Source of the DNA: a virus
Taxonomy: Duplodnaviria; Caudoviricetes
DNA length: 64,000 nt
Virus record (IMG/VR): IMGVR_UViG_3300043429_000255
Coordinates: 1,980 to 65,979 of that record
Reading direction: 5' to 3' (one strand)
The notes under the pieces were generated by a model. It saw only the letters and a list, made by a program, of their open reading frames with translations, was not told the origin of the DNA and did not search any database. The stretch's first letter is position 1. The number at the start of each line of letters is the position of its first letter. A program made the position numbers and the translations under genes. Positions 49,085 to 58,233 of the stretch are shown one piece after another.

Positions 49085-50521
49085 TTAAGCTGATAGATCT
49101 CCGAAAACAACCCAAGTATCTGTTGCTCTCTTAAATAGTGTAGCAGATGACCACTGGGTACGTAGCTTTAGACCAGGGGTAGCGTTAACTGTAACTCCCC
49201 CTGCACCTGCAATAGTAACCTGACCAGCACCTGTCTGTAGGATATCAATAGATGTTCCTACTGGGTATGCAACTGAAGAGTTAGCTGGGATAGTAACTGT
49301 TACACCAGAGGATGATGATACCTCTACCAGCTTGTCACGGTCTGTAAGGACTGTTGTGTAGCTAGATGTCTGCTGATTGATTGCTGTTAGAGATGGAACT
49401 CCCTGCTTAACCTGTACTCCGTCAGAGTACTCGATTCCGCCTACCTTTAGGGTATCGTAAACAGCCTGTGAGAAGTTAATTGTAGTTGTTGGCTCGTCCT
49501 CAACACTTGAGAATAGCTTCCAAACGCCATCGGTAGCATCACGAACAATACCTGCATGCTGGTATGAGCCATTGTTAAATGATGAGACAATACCAAGGTC
49601 TACAACGTTTGCATCATTTCCTTCACCAATGTAGATCAGTGGGTCAGTTACAACTAGGTCTGTTGCATTGACTGTGGTAGTTGTTCCACCAACAGTTAGA
49701 TCTCCAGTAATGGAGATATCTGCGGCTGCTAGAGTACCAGTAAATGTTGGGTTGGCTGTAGGTGCCTTTGCATCTAGCTGAGTCTGAATATTTGAGGTTA
49801 CTCCGTCAACATAGTTTAGCTCTGTTACAGAAAGTGTTGCTCCGTCAAGAATGTTTACTTCTGATGCTGATGCAGTTACATCGATAACGTCTGCTAGATT
49901 AATTGTTACAGTGTTATCTGCTGCAGAAATAGTCTTGTTAGTTAGAGTTTCTACTCCAGCCTTGGTTGCTAGTGCTGATGTGTCTGGGATACCGTGAACA
50001 TTTGTGGTTTCTGAGTTGTGATCAGATACTGCTGTAGTAACCTCTGTATCTGTAGCCAATGTTGAATCTGCAGAAATTGTAACCTCTCCAGTTTCTGAAT
50101 CATATGATTTTGTTAGGCTGGTTCCTGCGATTACTTTGGTGCTGAGTGCAGTATTTATTTTGCCCTGAACAACACCATCAACATCTGTAATTGCGGATGC
50201 TAGCTCATTAAGAGTGTTTAAAGAATCTGGTGCACCAACAATAATATTAGAAAGCTGTGAAATTGGAATTTGAGAATCTCCATCTAGGGTAGCAACACCA
50301 TTTGCAGCACCCTTTTGCGTAAGAGGCACATAGTCATCAAATGATCCAGCTAGATCTCCAAGGTCCTTAAAGTAAGACAGGTCTGACCAGTTGTTGGTTC
50401 CATCACCAATCTTAAAGAAGCCAGTGTCGGTTTCAAAACCGATTTCACCTGCTGCTAGAATTGGATCCGCTGAGGTCCATTGATCCGCAGTTCCTCTGCG
50501 TTGCTGCATTCTTGTTGCCAT
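49085..50521 (-). CDS. Tail fibre-like protein (Mtd/hyaluronidase-like N-terminus, GDL C-terminal domain)
   Basis: QRRGTA.QW...ILAAGEIGFETDT..FKIGDG; TLNELA; ends WVVFGDLSA. Confidence 0.8.
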   Translation of the reverse strand: MATRMQQRRGTADQWTSADPILAAGEIGFETDTGFFKIGDGTNNWSDLSYFKDLGDLAGSFDDYVPLTQKGAANGVATLDGDSQIPISQLSNIIVGAPDSLNTLNELASAITDVDGVVQGKINTALSTKVIAGTSLTKSYDSETGEVTISADSTLATDTEVTTAVSDHNSETTNVHGIPDTSALATKAGVETLTNKTISAADNTVTINLADVIDVTASASEVNILDGATLSVTELNYVDGVTSNIQTQLDAKAPTANPTFTGTLAAADISITGDLTVGGTTTTVNATDLVVTDPLIYIGEGNDANVVDLGIVSSFNNGSYQHAGIVRDATDGVWKLFSSVEDEPTTTINFSQAVYDTLKVGGIEYSDGVQVKQGVPSLTAINQQTSSYTTVLTDRDKLVEVSSSSGVTVTIPANSSVAYPVGTSIDILQTGAGQVTIAGAGGVTVNATPGLKLRTQWSSATLFKRATDTWVVFGDLSA

Positions 50522-50579
50522 TTATTTACTCCTAAGTAGTGGGGTTACCCGTAAATCTATACTAATTATAACATTAGTT

Positions 50580-51038
50580 TTAGTTAAAATTGTCTATTGC
50601 AATTCCACCATCAAAGGTGTTTGCAAAGACTTCTGTGTCTGCTTGCCCTGCGTCCACAAAATTACCAGCACTGTCAAAATAACCTGCGTCGACAAACTGA
50701 CTCACAATTAGTCCGTTGCCTCCAATAGATGTATCATGAATGTGCTGTTGCAGAGTTTCTGCGTCAGCAAGTGTTGCTATCGATATCCAGGCACCATCTG
50801 AATAAATTGCTAGCCTTTGTGTCGATGAGTCAAAATATAGCTGGCCATCTGTTGCAGAAATAGGGGCAGATGATTCAAACGGTACAATTGGTGATCCAGT
50901 TACCTGATCTACATACTCTTTAGTGGTAGCGTGGTTATTTTCTGTAGGAGTTCCTACAATAACTGCTCCACCGAAGCTACCTCCGTTTGCGACCAGTAGG
51001 CCATTTTTAACCTTGAAGTCTTTTTCAACTGTTGCCAT
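50580..51038 (-). CDS. Fibre-associated virion protein
   Basis: KDFKVKNGL, HATTKEYVD, GQLYFDS...W fibre motifs. Confidence 0.65.
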   Translation of the reverse strand: MATVEKDFKVKNGLLVANGGSFGGAVIVGTPTENNHATTKEYVDQVTGSPIVPFESSAPISATDGQLYFDSSTQRLAIYSDGAWISIATLADAETLQQHIHDTSIGGNGLIVSQFVDAGYFDSAGNFVDAGQADTEVFANTFDGGIAIDNFN

Positions 51039-51105
51039 CTGCTTCTCCTGTTTAAGTCTTTAGCGTGGGGGGTTTTTAAGGAACCCCCCAAAACCTTTAA
51101 TTCAA

Positions 51106-52797
51106 TTAAATAAGTAGTGTTCCAATAACAGTAACTGTGGAGTTATTGTTAGCAGTTGTTACTAATAGTCTTACATCTGTTCCCGAAATATCTGCAGAAA
51201 TTGTTGATGCTGAACCATTGGTTCCAACAATTCCATACTCAGTTATTGCGATGTTGTCAGAAGTATCTAGGGTCAAAAGAACCTTAGAGATTTCTGTGTG
51301 AGTTCCGTAAGCAACCTTTACCAAGAATTCTGCTGAACGGTAATCTGCCTTAGCAAATGCGTGTCCAACCTGAATTCCTGCTGTTGCTGCAGTGATCTGA
51401 GATGCTACCTGCTTAGCTACGTTATCGATAATAACTGCATTTGGGTAGATATCTGCGTTAGACACTGCATCAATTGCACGTTCATCTGTGAAGTAAAGGT
51501 TTTCTTCACCCTCAGTTAGGTCATCAGTTGTAGAATCTGCTACGCCGTTTTCTGCAGTAATGGTTAGGCCAGACTCATCTCCAGTAATTGTGATGTTTGC
51601 CAGGCTTGCTCCAGTTAGAAGTGAAGCTGCTGATGCCTTGGCACGAGTATCTGTGAAGTACTGTGCTGTGCCTTCTGCAACATCATCTGTATCTAGTGTT
51701 ACTGTGTCACCAAGTGATGTTGAGTATCCATTAACTGTAATTGATGAGTTTGAAAGTGATGAGTTAGCAATGTTTGAAATGGTATTGCTTGAAGCATCAA
51801 TTGTCTTGTTGGTTAGAGTCTGAGAATCAGAGGTTCCTACGATATCACCAGACACACCGTGAGCTGATGAAGCGTTTGTGTGGGTATCAAGGTTATCCTG
51901 AACATCGCTTGCAGAACCAGCTGCATCATAAGCTGATGAGGTTGCTGAAAGTGCTGCAGTATTGAAGTCTGAGATATCTGTTGAAGCAAGTCCAGTTACA
52001 GAGATTGTGTCAGCTGTAATGTCAATGTTTGATCCAGCAGTTAGAGTACCCTGCTTACCAGCCAACGCAGTTGTCATGGTAGTTGCATAGTTCTCGTCAT
52101 CATTAATTGCTGCTGCAAGCTCATTCAGAGTATCTAGAAGACCTGGGGCACCGTCAACAAGGTTGTCCACTGCAGTGTTTACGTATGACTCTGTTGCATA
52201 GCCAGATAGGTCTGCTGACTTTAGGTAACCATAGCCGCCAACTGCTGAATCAAGTCCAGATGTTGGAGTATAGTCTTCTAATGCTGTGTCTGTGTAGCTA
52301 TTTGCATTGTTTTCTGCTGTAGTTGCGTAACCCTGTGCAGTTGTTAGTGCAGTTGTAATTTCACCATCTGTATAGGTTGCAGCTGACGCAACTGCATCGG
52401 TTTCAGCAGTGTCTGCATAAGTTTGGTAAGCAGATGTGATAGCTGTTTCACGACCATCTGTGTAAGAATTAGCAGAAGTTTCTGCTGCATCCGCATATCC
52501 CTGTGCAGTTGTTAGTGCTGTGGTGATTTCACCGTCTGTGTAAAGATTTGCGGCAGCTTCGGCTGCGGCTGCAGCACCATCTGCATCAAAAACACCAGAC
52601 TTAATGTTTAGCTCACCAGAAACAACCTCCATCTGAGTTGATTCAACTGAGGTGATTAGTGTTTCTCCACCGATCAAGTCGAGGATGTAAGCATCACCAG
52701 CTCCTTCTGTAAGGATCGCCTGGTTATTAATAGTACCTGTGGTACCTTCTACGACTAGACCACTTTTGATCTTAAAGTCTTTATTTACTGTTGCCAT
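51106..52797 (-). CDS. Tail fibre-like protein
   Basis: KDFKIKSGL, repeated YTDGEITTALTTAQGYA, LDTLNELAAAI, TDDLTEG..NLYFT.RA, YRSAEFLV C-domain. Confidence 0.75.
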   Translation of the reverse strand: MATVNKDFKIKSGLVVEGTTGTINNQAILTEGAGDAYILDLIGGETLITSVESTQMEVVSGELNIKSGVFDADGAAAAAEAAANLYTDGEITTALTTAQGYADAAETSANSYTDGRETAITSAYQTYADTAETDAVASAATYTDGEITTALTTAQGYATTAENNANSYTDTALEDYTPTSGLDSAVGGYGYLKSADLSGYATESYVNTAVDNLVDGAPGLLDTLNELAAAINDDENYATTMTTALAGKQGTLTAGSNIDITADTISVTGLASTDISDFNTAALSATSSAYDAAGSASDVQDNLDTHTNASSAHGVSGDIVGTSDSQTLTNKTIDASSNTISNIANSSLSNSSITVNGYSTSLGDTVTLDTDDVAEGTAQYFTDTRAKASAASLLTGASLANITITGDESGLTITAENGVADSTTDDLTEGEENLYFTDERAIDAVSNADIYPNAVIIDNVAKQVASQITAATAGIQVGHAFAKADYRSAEFLVKVAYGTHTEISKVLLTLDTSDNIAITEYGIVGTNGSASTISADISGTDVRLLVTTANNNSTVTVIGTLLI

Positions 52798-52816
52798 TGT
52801 TATCTCCTAGGGGTAA

Positions 52817-53263
52817 TTAGGCCTTGAGACCAATGCGAGCAAATCGCACGGTAACAGGTCTGATGTTTGAATCTGGGGTAACTGTTAAAGCCACAGTATT
52901 TCCAGATCTAGAGACGCTAACGGTGCCAATATTCCCATCATTGTCTATTGTTCCATACTCAGAAACATTTACATCTGTTCCATCTACAAGTATGGTAAGT
53001 TCGGTTGCGTAGAACAGGTTATCTCCATTAGATGTCTTTGAAATAGACACTAGGTACTTAACCATACGCCATACAGTTGCGTCGAATGAATCAACTACTG
53101 TCGGGTTCTCAATTCCAGAAATAGTATTTTCGTTATTGCCGAAAGTTCCTAAGTCAGTTGACTGAGCGGAGGTAGTATCGATTAGATCTACATAATCCTG
53201 TTCTTCAGGACGGTCACCAGTTTGAAATCTGGTTTTTACATAGGGGATGGTTGTTCTAGACAT
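52817..53263 (-). CDS. Fibre-associated virion protein
   Basis: FQTGDRP...DLID; C-domain WRMVKYLV...TE....DG...SEYG resembles the end of 51106..52797. Confidence 0.65.
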   Translation of the reverse strand: MSRTTIPYVKTRFQTGDRPEEQDYVDLIDTTSAQSTDLGTFGNNENTISGIENPTVVDSFDATVWRMVKYLVSISKTSNGDNLFYATELTILVDGTDVNVSEYGTIDNDGNIGTVSVSRSGNTVALTVTPDSNIRPVTVRFARIGLKA

Positions 53264-53297
53264 ACCTCAATTATAATGCCATTTATGAATACTAAGA

Positions 53298-53522
53298 TTA
53301 CATCACATAGTTGCTAATGCCAATGACAGCAATGCCGATTGGAGCTGCACTACCCTGGCCATATCCAGATATGCCAATATTTGTGAACTTAATTTTAAAA
53401 GGAAGTGTTTGGTTTATCTTTACATGGCCAGAACTATATTTAACTTTAGATGTAAAAAAGTTAGAGTTTTTAATATATCTAACAGAACGCTTTGTTTTAT
53501 CTACGATTACTGACTTTGCCAT
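53298..53522 (-). CDS. Small basic virion-region protein
   Basis: Coupled to the upstream stop; APIGIAVIG C-terminus. Confidence 0.6.
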   Translation of the reverse strand: MAKSVIVDKTKRSVRYIKNSNFFTSKVKYSSGHVKINQTLPFKIKFTNIGISGYGQGSAAPIGIAVIGISNYVM

Positions 53523-53914
53523 TAGTCTGTTACGTCTTCCAGGATAACCATTTTACCCTGGGCTACTGTCCAAACAGTTCCAACCTGAGAAACCTGAATG
53601 TCAAAAATATCTCCAGTTTCTAGAATCTCGGACTCTTCGGCTGTTAAAGAAACTGTGAATTCTCCATTTGCATCATCTGCATCTGGGCCTGGGGTAAGTG
53701 TTAGGATCAAGGTTGCGTCGTCAGTAATAACTCCAAGATTTTTTGCAAGATTTGGACGCTTAATCTTCATTGCAATATCCCAATCTGCAATGGTAAGAGC
53801 TGTCTTTGTGTCATCTGTAAGGTAAACCCTAAATGCAGCAGTATCTCCACGCACAACTGTCCAAACAACTTGTGGTGGAATGTTTCCAACTGAATAACTA
53901 TTTCCTCTTGCCAT
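53522..53914 (-). CDS. BppU-N-like adaptor protein (paralog 1)
   Basis: VVRGDT...FDIQV...TVAQG. Confidence 0.6.
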   Translation of the reverse strand: MARGNSYSVGNIPPQVVWTVVRGDTAAFRVYLTDDTKTALTIADWDIAMKIKRPNLAKNLGVITDDATLILTLTPGPDADDANGEFTVSLTAEESEILETGDIFDIQVSQVGTVWTVAQGKMVILEDVTD

Positions 53915-53932
53915 CTTATTATTATACCACCC

Positions 53933-54442
53933 TTAAGCTAGACCAGCTTTGAGTGCCCCCCAGGTTCCATCGCCTCTTGTTCCAACCATAATGGAGCCGT
54001 CAACTGCAGAGTGGATAACTGTTGCGACTGCAACACCTGTGGTAGAAGACGATGCATTTACAAGCCCACCAGACTCTCCAATGAACAAAGTATCTCCGTT
54101 ACTAAAGGATGATGTATTAATTGAATTAATTATCCCTGCAACAACAACTACACCAACAGCGTTATTATTTGTAGATGCCCTGATTAGTCCAAGAGTAGGG
54201 TTTGTTGTATTTCCAGTTGATGGAGAAACAGTGACATTTGTTCCATCGTGCCCAGTTACATAAACTGCAGATCCTGCAGGAATTGTTGATCCAGATGTAT
54301 TTTTTGCTGGAAGGTCTACATATGAAGCTTGTGGAAGAACCACATCAAGCCTGTCTGCAAGTTTTTTTATATCTCCATGAACGTTAACAACGTCTCCAGA
54401 TAGTGGAAACGGTATTTGATAGATATTGGTTGCATCAGCCAT
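53933..54442 (-). CDS. Virion accessory protein
   Basis: IPFP...DIKKLADRLD anchor motif; N.SG.TI..G.AVY...GD.LFI. Confidence 0.6.
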   Translation of the reverse strand: MADATNIYQIPFPLSGDVVNVHGDIKKLADRLDVVLPQASYVDLPAKNTSGSTIPAGSAVYVTGHDGTNVTVSPSTGNTTNPTLGLIRASTNNNAVGVVVVAGIINSINTSSFSNGDTLFIGESGGLVNASSSTTGVAVATVIHSAVDGSIMVGTRGDGTWGALKAGLA

Positions 54443-54541
54443 ATATTAAATTATATCAGACTGTTTCCCTAAATTGGCTAAAAAGTGGTATAATTGATGT
54501 CTAACTTCTGTAAAAGGAAGTTTTTGTTCTAAGGAGGACAA

Positions 54542-54619
54542 ATGATTAAACAAAGTGACAACAATGTTGAAATCGTAACTAACTCTCAACAACAGACATT
54601 TTTATTGCTATCGCACTAA
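54542..54619 (+). CDS. 25-aa upstream ORF
   Basis: AAGGAGG SD then MIKQSDNNVEIVTNSQQQTFLLLSH*, downstream of TGGTATAAT. Confidence 0.45.
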   Translation: MIKQSDNNVEIVTNSQQQTFLLLSH

Positions 54620-54686
54620 TAAAAATATTGTCGCCAAGACCGTGACAGGGTCGTAACAACGAAAAGAATAAAAAGGAGGTAGCAAA

Positions 54687-55442
54687 ATGAATAAAAAATT
54701 TGCTGCAATTGGTACCATACTGCTATTTACAACTAGTTCTGGGGCTGCATTTGCTAAAATGTCAGATCCGTATATTACAAAATCTGAGCAGTCTAAAATA
54801 ACAGAAGTAAGAAAACCAGAACAAATAATAAACCCCACTGTGACAATAAAATACTCTCCAATGGTTGGACCAGTGAAAGCTTCTAATCTTTCCAGCGGTC
54901 CTGTGCTAAAAAATGCAGATCCAGAGCCTGGGTCTATGGAGTGGATGGCTCAAGAAAAGGCTGAAAAAGATAGATTACAGTCTGACGCTGCTACTAAGCA
55001 AGAGCAGCTTGAGGCTGAAATTGCTAGGCTAGAGCGTGTTGCTAAAGACACCAAAGAGCTTAATCGAGCAGTATCTCTAGTAAAAAAGCAAGTTGGTAAA
55101 ACTTGGTATGCCTTTAGTGGATCTACCCCAGATGGTTGGGACTGCTCTGGCCTCGTCCTTTGGATGTATGGACAAATAGGATATACGCTAGAGCACCGTG
55201 CTTCTATTCAGAAGAACTCTGGTGAACTAGTCAAAGAACCAAAAATTGGAGACATCGTAGCTTTTACCTACAGGGGCTCTAAGTCTGCATACCACGTAGG
55301 AATATATCTGGGACCTAATGAGATGATTCATGCTGGTGGCAGACGTGGAGAAAAAACAGAGATAGTTCCAATAAGCTCTTGGGCAAAGGGCAATGGAAAT
55401 ACAATAGTTACCTATACTCGTGTTATTGAAACTAACAACTAG
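54687..55442 (+). CDS. Secreted NlpC/P60 peptidoglycan endopeptidase with coiled coil
   Basis: Signal peptide; Y.FSGSTPDGWDCSGLV, GDIVAF, HVGIY, MIHA. Confidence 0.9.
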   Translation: MNKKFAAIGTILLFTTSSGAAFAKMSDPYITKSEQSKITEVRKPEQIINPTVTIKYSPMVGPVKASNLSSGPVLKNADPEPGSMEWMAQEKAEKDRLQSDAATKQEQLEAEIARLERVAKDTKELNRAVSLVKKQVGKTWYAFSGSTPDGWDCSGLVLWMYGQIGYTLEHRASIQKNSGELVKEPKIGDIVAFTYRGSKSAYHVGIYLGPNEMIHAGGRRGEKTEIVPISSWAKGNGNTIVTYTRVIETNN

Positions 55443-55503
55443 CCTATATTGATTTTGATAGTAAAACAGAGTATAATTTTATATAAACAAAGCAAGGGAA
55501 AAA

Positions 55504-55746
55504 ATGAAAAACATATACAAGAGCATTCTACTTTCCATTATTTTTGGAAATATAGTTTCTTTTACAGTAGTTGCATGGACTTTTCCATGGAATACTTACC
55601 TTATCGATCCAACCCCATATTACATTGTTCAGGCAGAGGGGCTTGGGCTTCTGATTGCAGCCTGTATCTTTGCTTCTGAATGGATCAAATTTGCAGAAAA
55701 GCCAAAACTTTTTAAAATAAGATCTAAGTTTAAAGTTAAAAAATAA
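55504..55746 (+). CDS. Two-TM membrane protein
   Basis: Two hydrophobic segments and a Lys-rich tail. Confidence 0.6.
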   Translation: MKNIYKSILLSIIFGNIVSFTVVAWTFPWNTYLIDPTPYYIVQAEGLGLLIAACIFASEWIKFAEKPKLFKIRSKFKVKK

Positions 55747-55763
55747 CACCAAGATAAAAAGAT

Positions 55764-55793
55764 ACCCCCAGTTAAATCTGGGGGTTTTCTTTT
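55764..55793 (+). terminator. Bidirectional intrinsic terminator
   Basis: CCCCCAG-TTAAAT-CTGGGGG then TTTTCTTTT; lies between convergent genes. Confidence 0.75.
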
Positions 55794-55818
55794 ATAAAAA
55801 TGTTAAAGACAGTATTTT

Positions 55819-56139
55819 CTAACCATTAAAGAAACCAAATGGCGAGAACCCAAATACTGTAAATGGAGAAAATCCAAATGGTGCGAAGGCAAAAACAGTA
55901 TACTCTATGCTAACTGGAAGCTCATACGTGAACAAAGTACCAGAAGCTGGATCCTGAGATCTTACCTTATTATTATTTGAAGCTTCATTGTAGTCTGAGG
56001 TATTAAATGCTGTTTCGGTACCAACAACAAACCCGTCAGTAACTATTTGCGTTTTTGCTACATCTCTATCTAGACCAACCAGATTAGAGACAGTTTTCAT
56101 TCCTTTAGAGGATGACCAAAGACCAAATGAACCAATCAT
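55819..56139 (-). CDS. PASTA-domain protein with a Phe/Pro-rich C-terminal repeat
   Basis: VSNLVGL....A...I...GF...V.SQDP..GT; tail FAFAPFGFSPFTVFGFSPFGFFNG. Confidence 0.8.
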   Translation of the reverse strand: MIGSFGLWSSSKGMKTVSNLVGLDRDVAKTQIVTDGFVVGTETAFNTSDYNEASNNNKVRSQDPASGTLFTYELPVSIEYTVFAFAPFGFSPFTVFGFSPFGFFNG

Positions 56140-56145
56140 TTTATC

Positions 56146-56793
56146 CTACGCAGTCAGGTCGCCTATAAGTAGCCACTCGTTAGTGCCAATCTTTGTTAGC
56201 ACTGCTCCAGAATATCGAGCTGCAATCTTTCTATTTGAATTTTTGCTGTTAAGTGTTACGTTGCTATTGATTGGTGCAACAGAGACTGCCCCAGTGCCAT
56301 ATCTCAAAATTTCAATTTTCTGTCCAATCTTAAATGCTACAGAAGAATTTTCTGGGATATAAATAATAGAGTCAGTAGAGTCAGAGACTCTTAGACTATT
56401 TCCTGCATCACCGATCAGAAGTGTGTATGACCCTGCTGAAACAGTGGGTGACTTAAGAATTGCAGAGTCATTTGATGATCTCCATCTGGTGCCATCATAG
56501 AACTGAATATCATTAATGGTTGAGCCATCGGCATCTTGCCCAACAAAACAAACCAAACCTGTTACTGGAGATGTAATTGCAGCGTCACGGGCGGATGGTG
56601 TGGCAAAGTTATTTATACCAGCCTTATTTTTTACAACTGTTTCAAATGTTACTGATGAATCAGAGCTGAATGTGTGATCTCCAGACCAAGTATAATCTGC
56701 ACTAGGGCTAGCTACTCCAGAGATTGGTCTCCAGTTTGTACCGTCAAAAATATATGCAACCTTAGATTGCGAGCTTACTGGGTATGTTGTCAT
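56146..56793 (-). CDS. Short fibre-like protein with GDL C-terminal domain
   Basis: F.T.SARDAAITSP..G; IPENSSVAF.IG..IEI...G.G.V; ends WLLIGDLTA. Confidence 0.7.
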   Translation of the reverse strand: MTTYPVSSQSKVAYIFDGTNWRPISGVASPSADYTWSGDHTFSSDSSVTFETVVKNKAGINNFATPSARDAAITSPVTGLVCFVGQDADGSTINDIQFYDGTRWRSSNDSAILKSPTVSAGSYTLLIGDAGNSLRVSDSTDSIIYIPENSSVAFKIGQKIEILRYGTGAVSVAPINSNVTLNSKNSNRKIAARYSGAVLTKIGTNEWLLIGDLTA

Positions 56794-57251
56794 TATGCAC
56801 CAATTTCTTTCCAAGTAGTTGTATCTAAATCATAGACATACATCTTTAGTGGTGATGAATTTTTATCTACCCACAATAGGCCGTCAACTAGATCGGTTAC
56901 TGGAGCAGAGTTTTGATAAATTGTTGCCTGAACCAATGGTACAGTAGCAGTTGCATCACTTGGCATCCAGATATATCCATCTGCTGGATCCTCTGGCTCT
57001 GTGCCATAAGATGACCCAATTCCCAAAGACTCTAGTAAGTTAATCTCGTCTTGCATAACCTTTAGATATCTAGCAAGAGACGGGTTTGGTAAGTTATTAA
57101 TAGCACCAGATGCTGCTGGGTCAAATGAGGTCGATCCATATAGGAATAGCTTTAGAGCAGCCTGAATATCGGCTGCATCGTCATAGCCAGGAACTTTTGT
57201 ATTGTATACACCAGTACCATTTAGGGTACCGTCAATATTCTGTGCAGTCAT
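56793..57251 (-). CDS. Fibre-associated virion protein
   Basis: P.Y...ADIQAAL; P..P.DG.IW and DGLLWVD...YVY repeats. Confidence 0.6.
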   Translation of the reverse strand: MTAQNIDGTLNGTGVYNTKVPGYDDAADIQAALKLFLYGSTSFDPAASGAINNLPNPSLARYLKVMQDEINLLESLGIGSSYGTEPEDPADGYIWMPSDATATVPLVQATIYQNSAPVTDLVDGLLWVDKNSSPLKMYVYDLDTTTWKEIGA

Positions 57252-57268
57252 CTTATCACCTTTCTAAA

Positions 57269-57847
57269 TTATACCACAGTCACAAATAGGTGAACTGATT
57301 TCTGCCCTGACAGGCTGGTCCAAGCATCTGACTCAAACTCTACCGCATTTATTGTTATTGGTAGAGACAAAATGTCTGTTGGGGATGTTGTTACATCACC
57401 AATTGTTATAGAAGAAGCTATTGGATTTTGAGAAATTATAGAATACTGTACGTTAAAATTTGAAGCAGTCAGAGTTGACAGCGGATTGTCGTCACCAGTT
57501 ACTGACGAAACTGGAATCCAGACCTCTACGCTACCGTCTACAAAAGATAAATCTTCATTAGTACTATAGGTATTTGGTTGTAGCTTAAATAAAGATTTCC
57601 ATGATAGGCCAGTAGGGGTATTGATGTATTGATAAACCCATTGATATTCATCATCTGATGGCAAAAGATTAACATACATATCATATAGCAATGGTGATTC
57701 TGGCAACGTAACCAGGTATGGTTTTCCTTGTCCGTACAGAATTAGACTTCCACGATCTCCACGTTGGCCATAGTCAACAGAGACGTCGATCTTAGAAGGT
57801 CCACCAAGTATATTTAAGTTAGCAGATGCTATTGTAGTTTCTACCAT
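57269..57847 (-). CDS. Virion-region hypothetical protein
   Basis: DYGQRGDRGS; beta-rich; coupled to the upstream gene. Confidence 0.6.
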   Translation of the reverse strand: MVETTIASANLNILGGPSKIDVSVDYGQRGDRGSLILYGQGKPYLVTLPESPLLYDMYVNLLPSDDEYQWVYQYINTPTGLSWKSLFKLQPNTYSTNEDLSFVDGSVEVWIPVSSVTGDDNPLSTLTASNFNVQYSIISQNPIASSITIGDVTTSPTDILSLPITINAVEFESDAWTSLSGQKSVHLFVTVV

Positions 57848-58218
57848 TATGCTGCACCAGAAACCTGATCAGTAATTGAAACAGTTCCAGTTAGCAGAGT
57901 GTAGACATATGGGTAGCTTCCAGAAACAGTTCTTGAAATCTCTACGTCATAAACGTATTGAATTGCTGGATCCAGGTTTGCTCCCTGTGATGGAGTAATT
58001 ACACATGCAACATGAGAAAGATCACTGGCAATGGATGCGGTTGCAAGAATCTGAGTTGCCTCTGATCCTCTAGCAGTGGCAATAGTAAACTTAGCTGTAC
58101 CATTAGCAAGAAAGTCTGTTAGGTCAAATGCCGCACCTGACGCATCTTTCGGGTAAATTTTAAATTCAAGGGTGTCGCCCTTATAGTAAGAAATGTTGTA
58201 TGTGCCTGGAAATGCCAT
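57847..58218 (-). CDS. BppU-N-like adaptor protein (paralog 2)
   Basis: YYKGDT...FDLT...YVYDVEI...TLLTG. Confidence 0.6.
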   Translation of the reverse strand: MAFPGTYNISYYKGDTLEFKIYPKDASGAAFDLTDFLANGTAKFTIATARGSEATQILATASIASDLSHVACVITPSQGANLDPAIQYVYDVEISRTVSGSYPYVYTLLTGTVSITDQVSGAA

Positions 58219-58233
58219 AACTTATATTATACA

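Noticed and set aside
49085-50521. Mtd-like N-terminus suggesting a diversity-generating retroelement
   Set aside because: No reverse transcriptase and no TR/VR pair with adenine-specific mismatches in the window
54495-54686. c-di-AMP (ydaO) riboswitch or tmRNA fragment upstream of NlpC/P60
   Set aside because: The conserved ydaO motifs are not visible, the uORF does not end in ALAA, and no tRNA-like ends are present; an Infernal scan would be decisive
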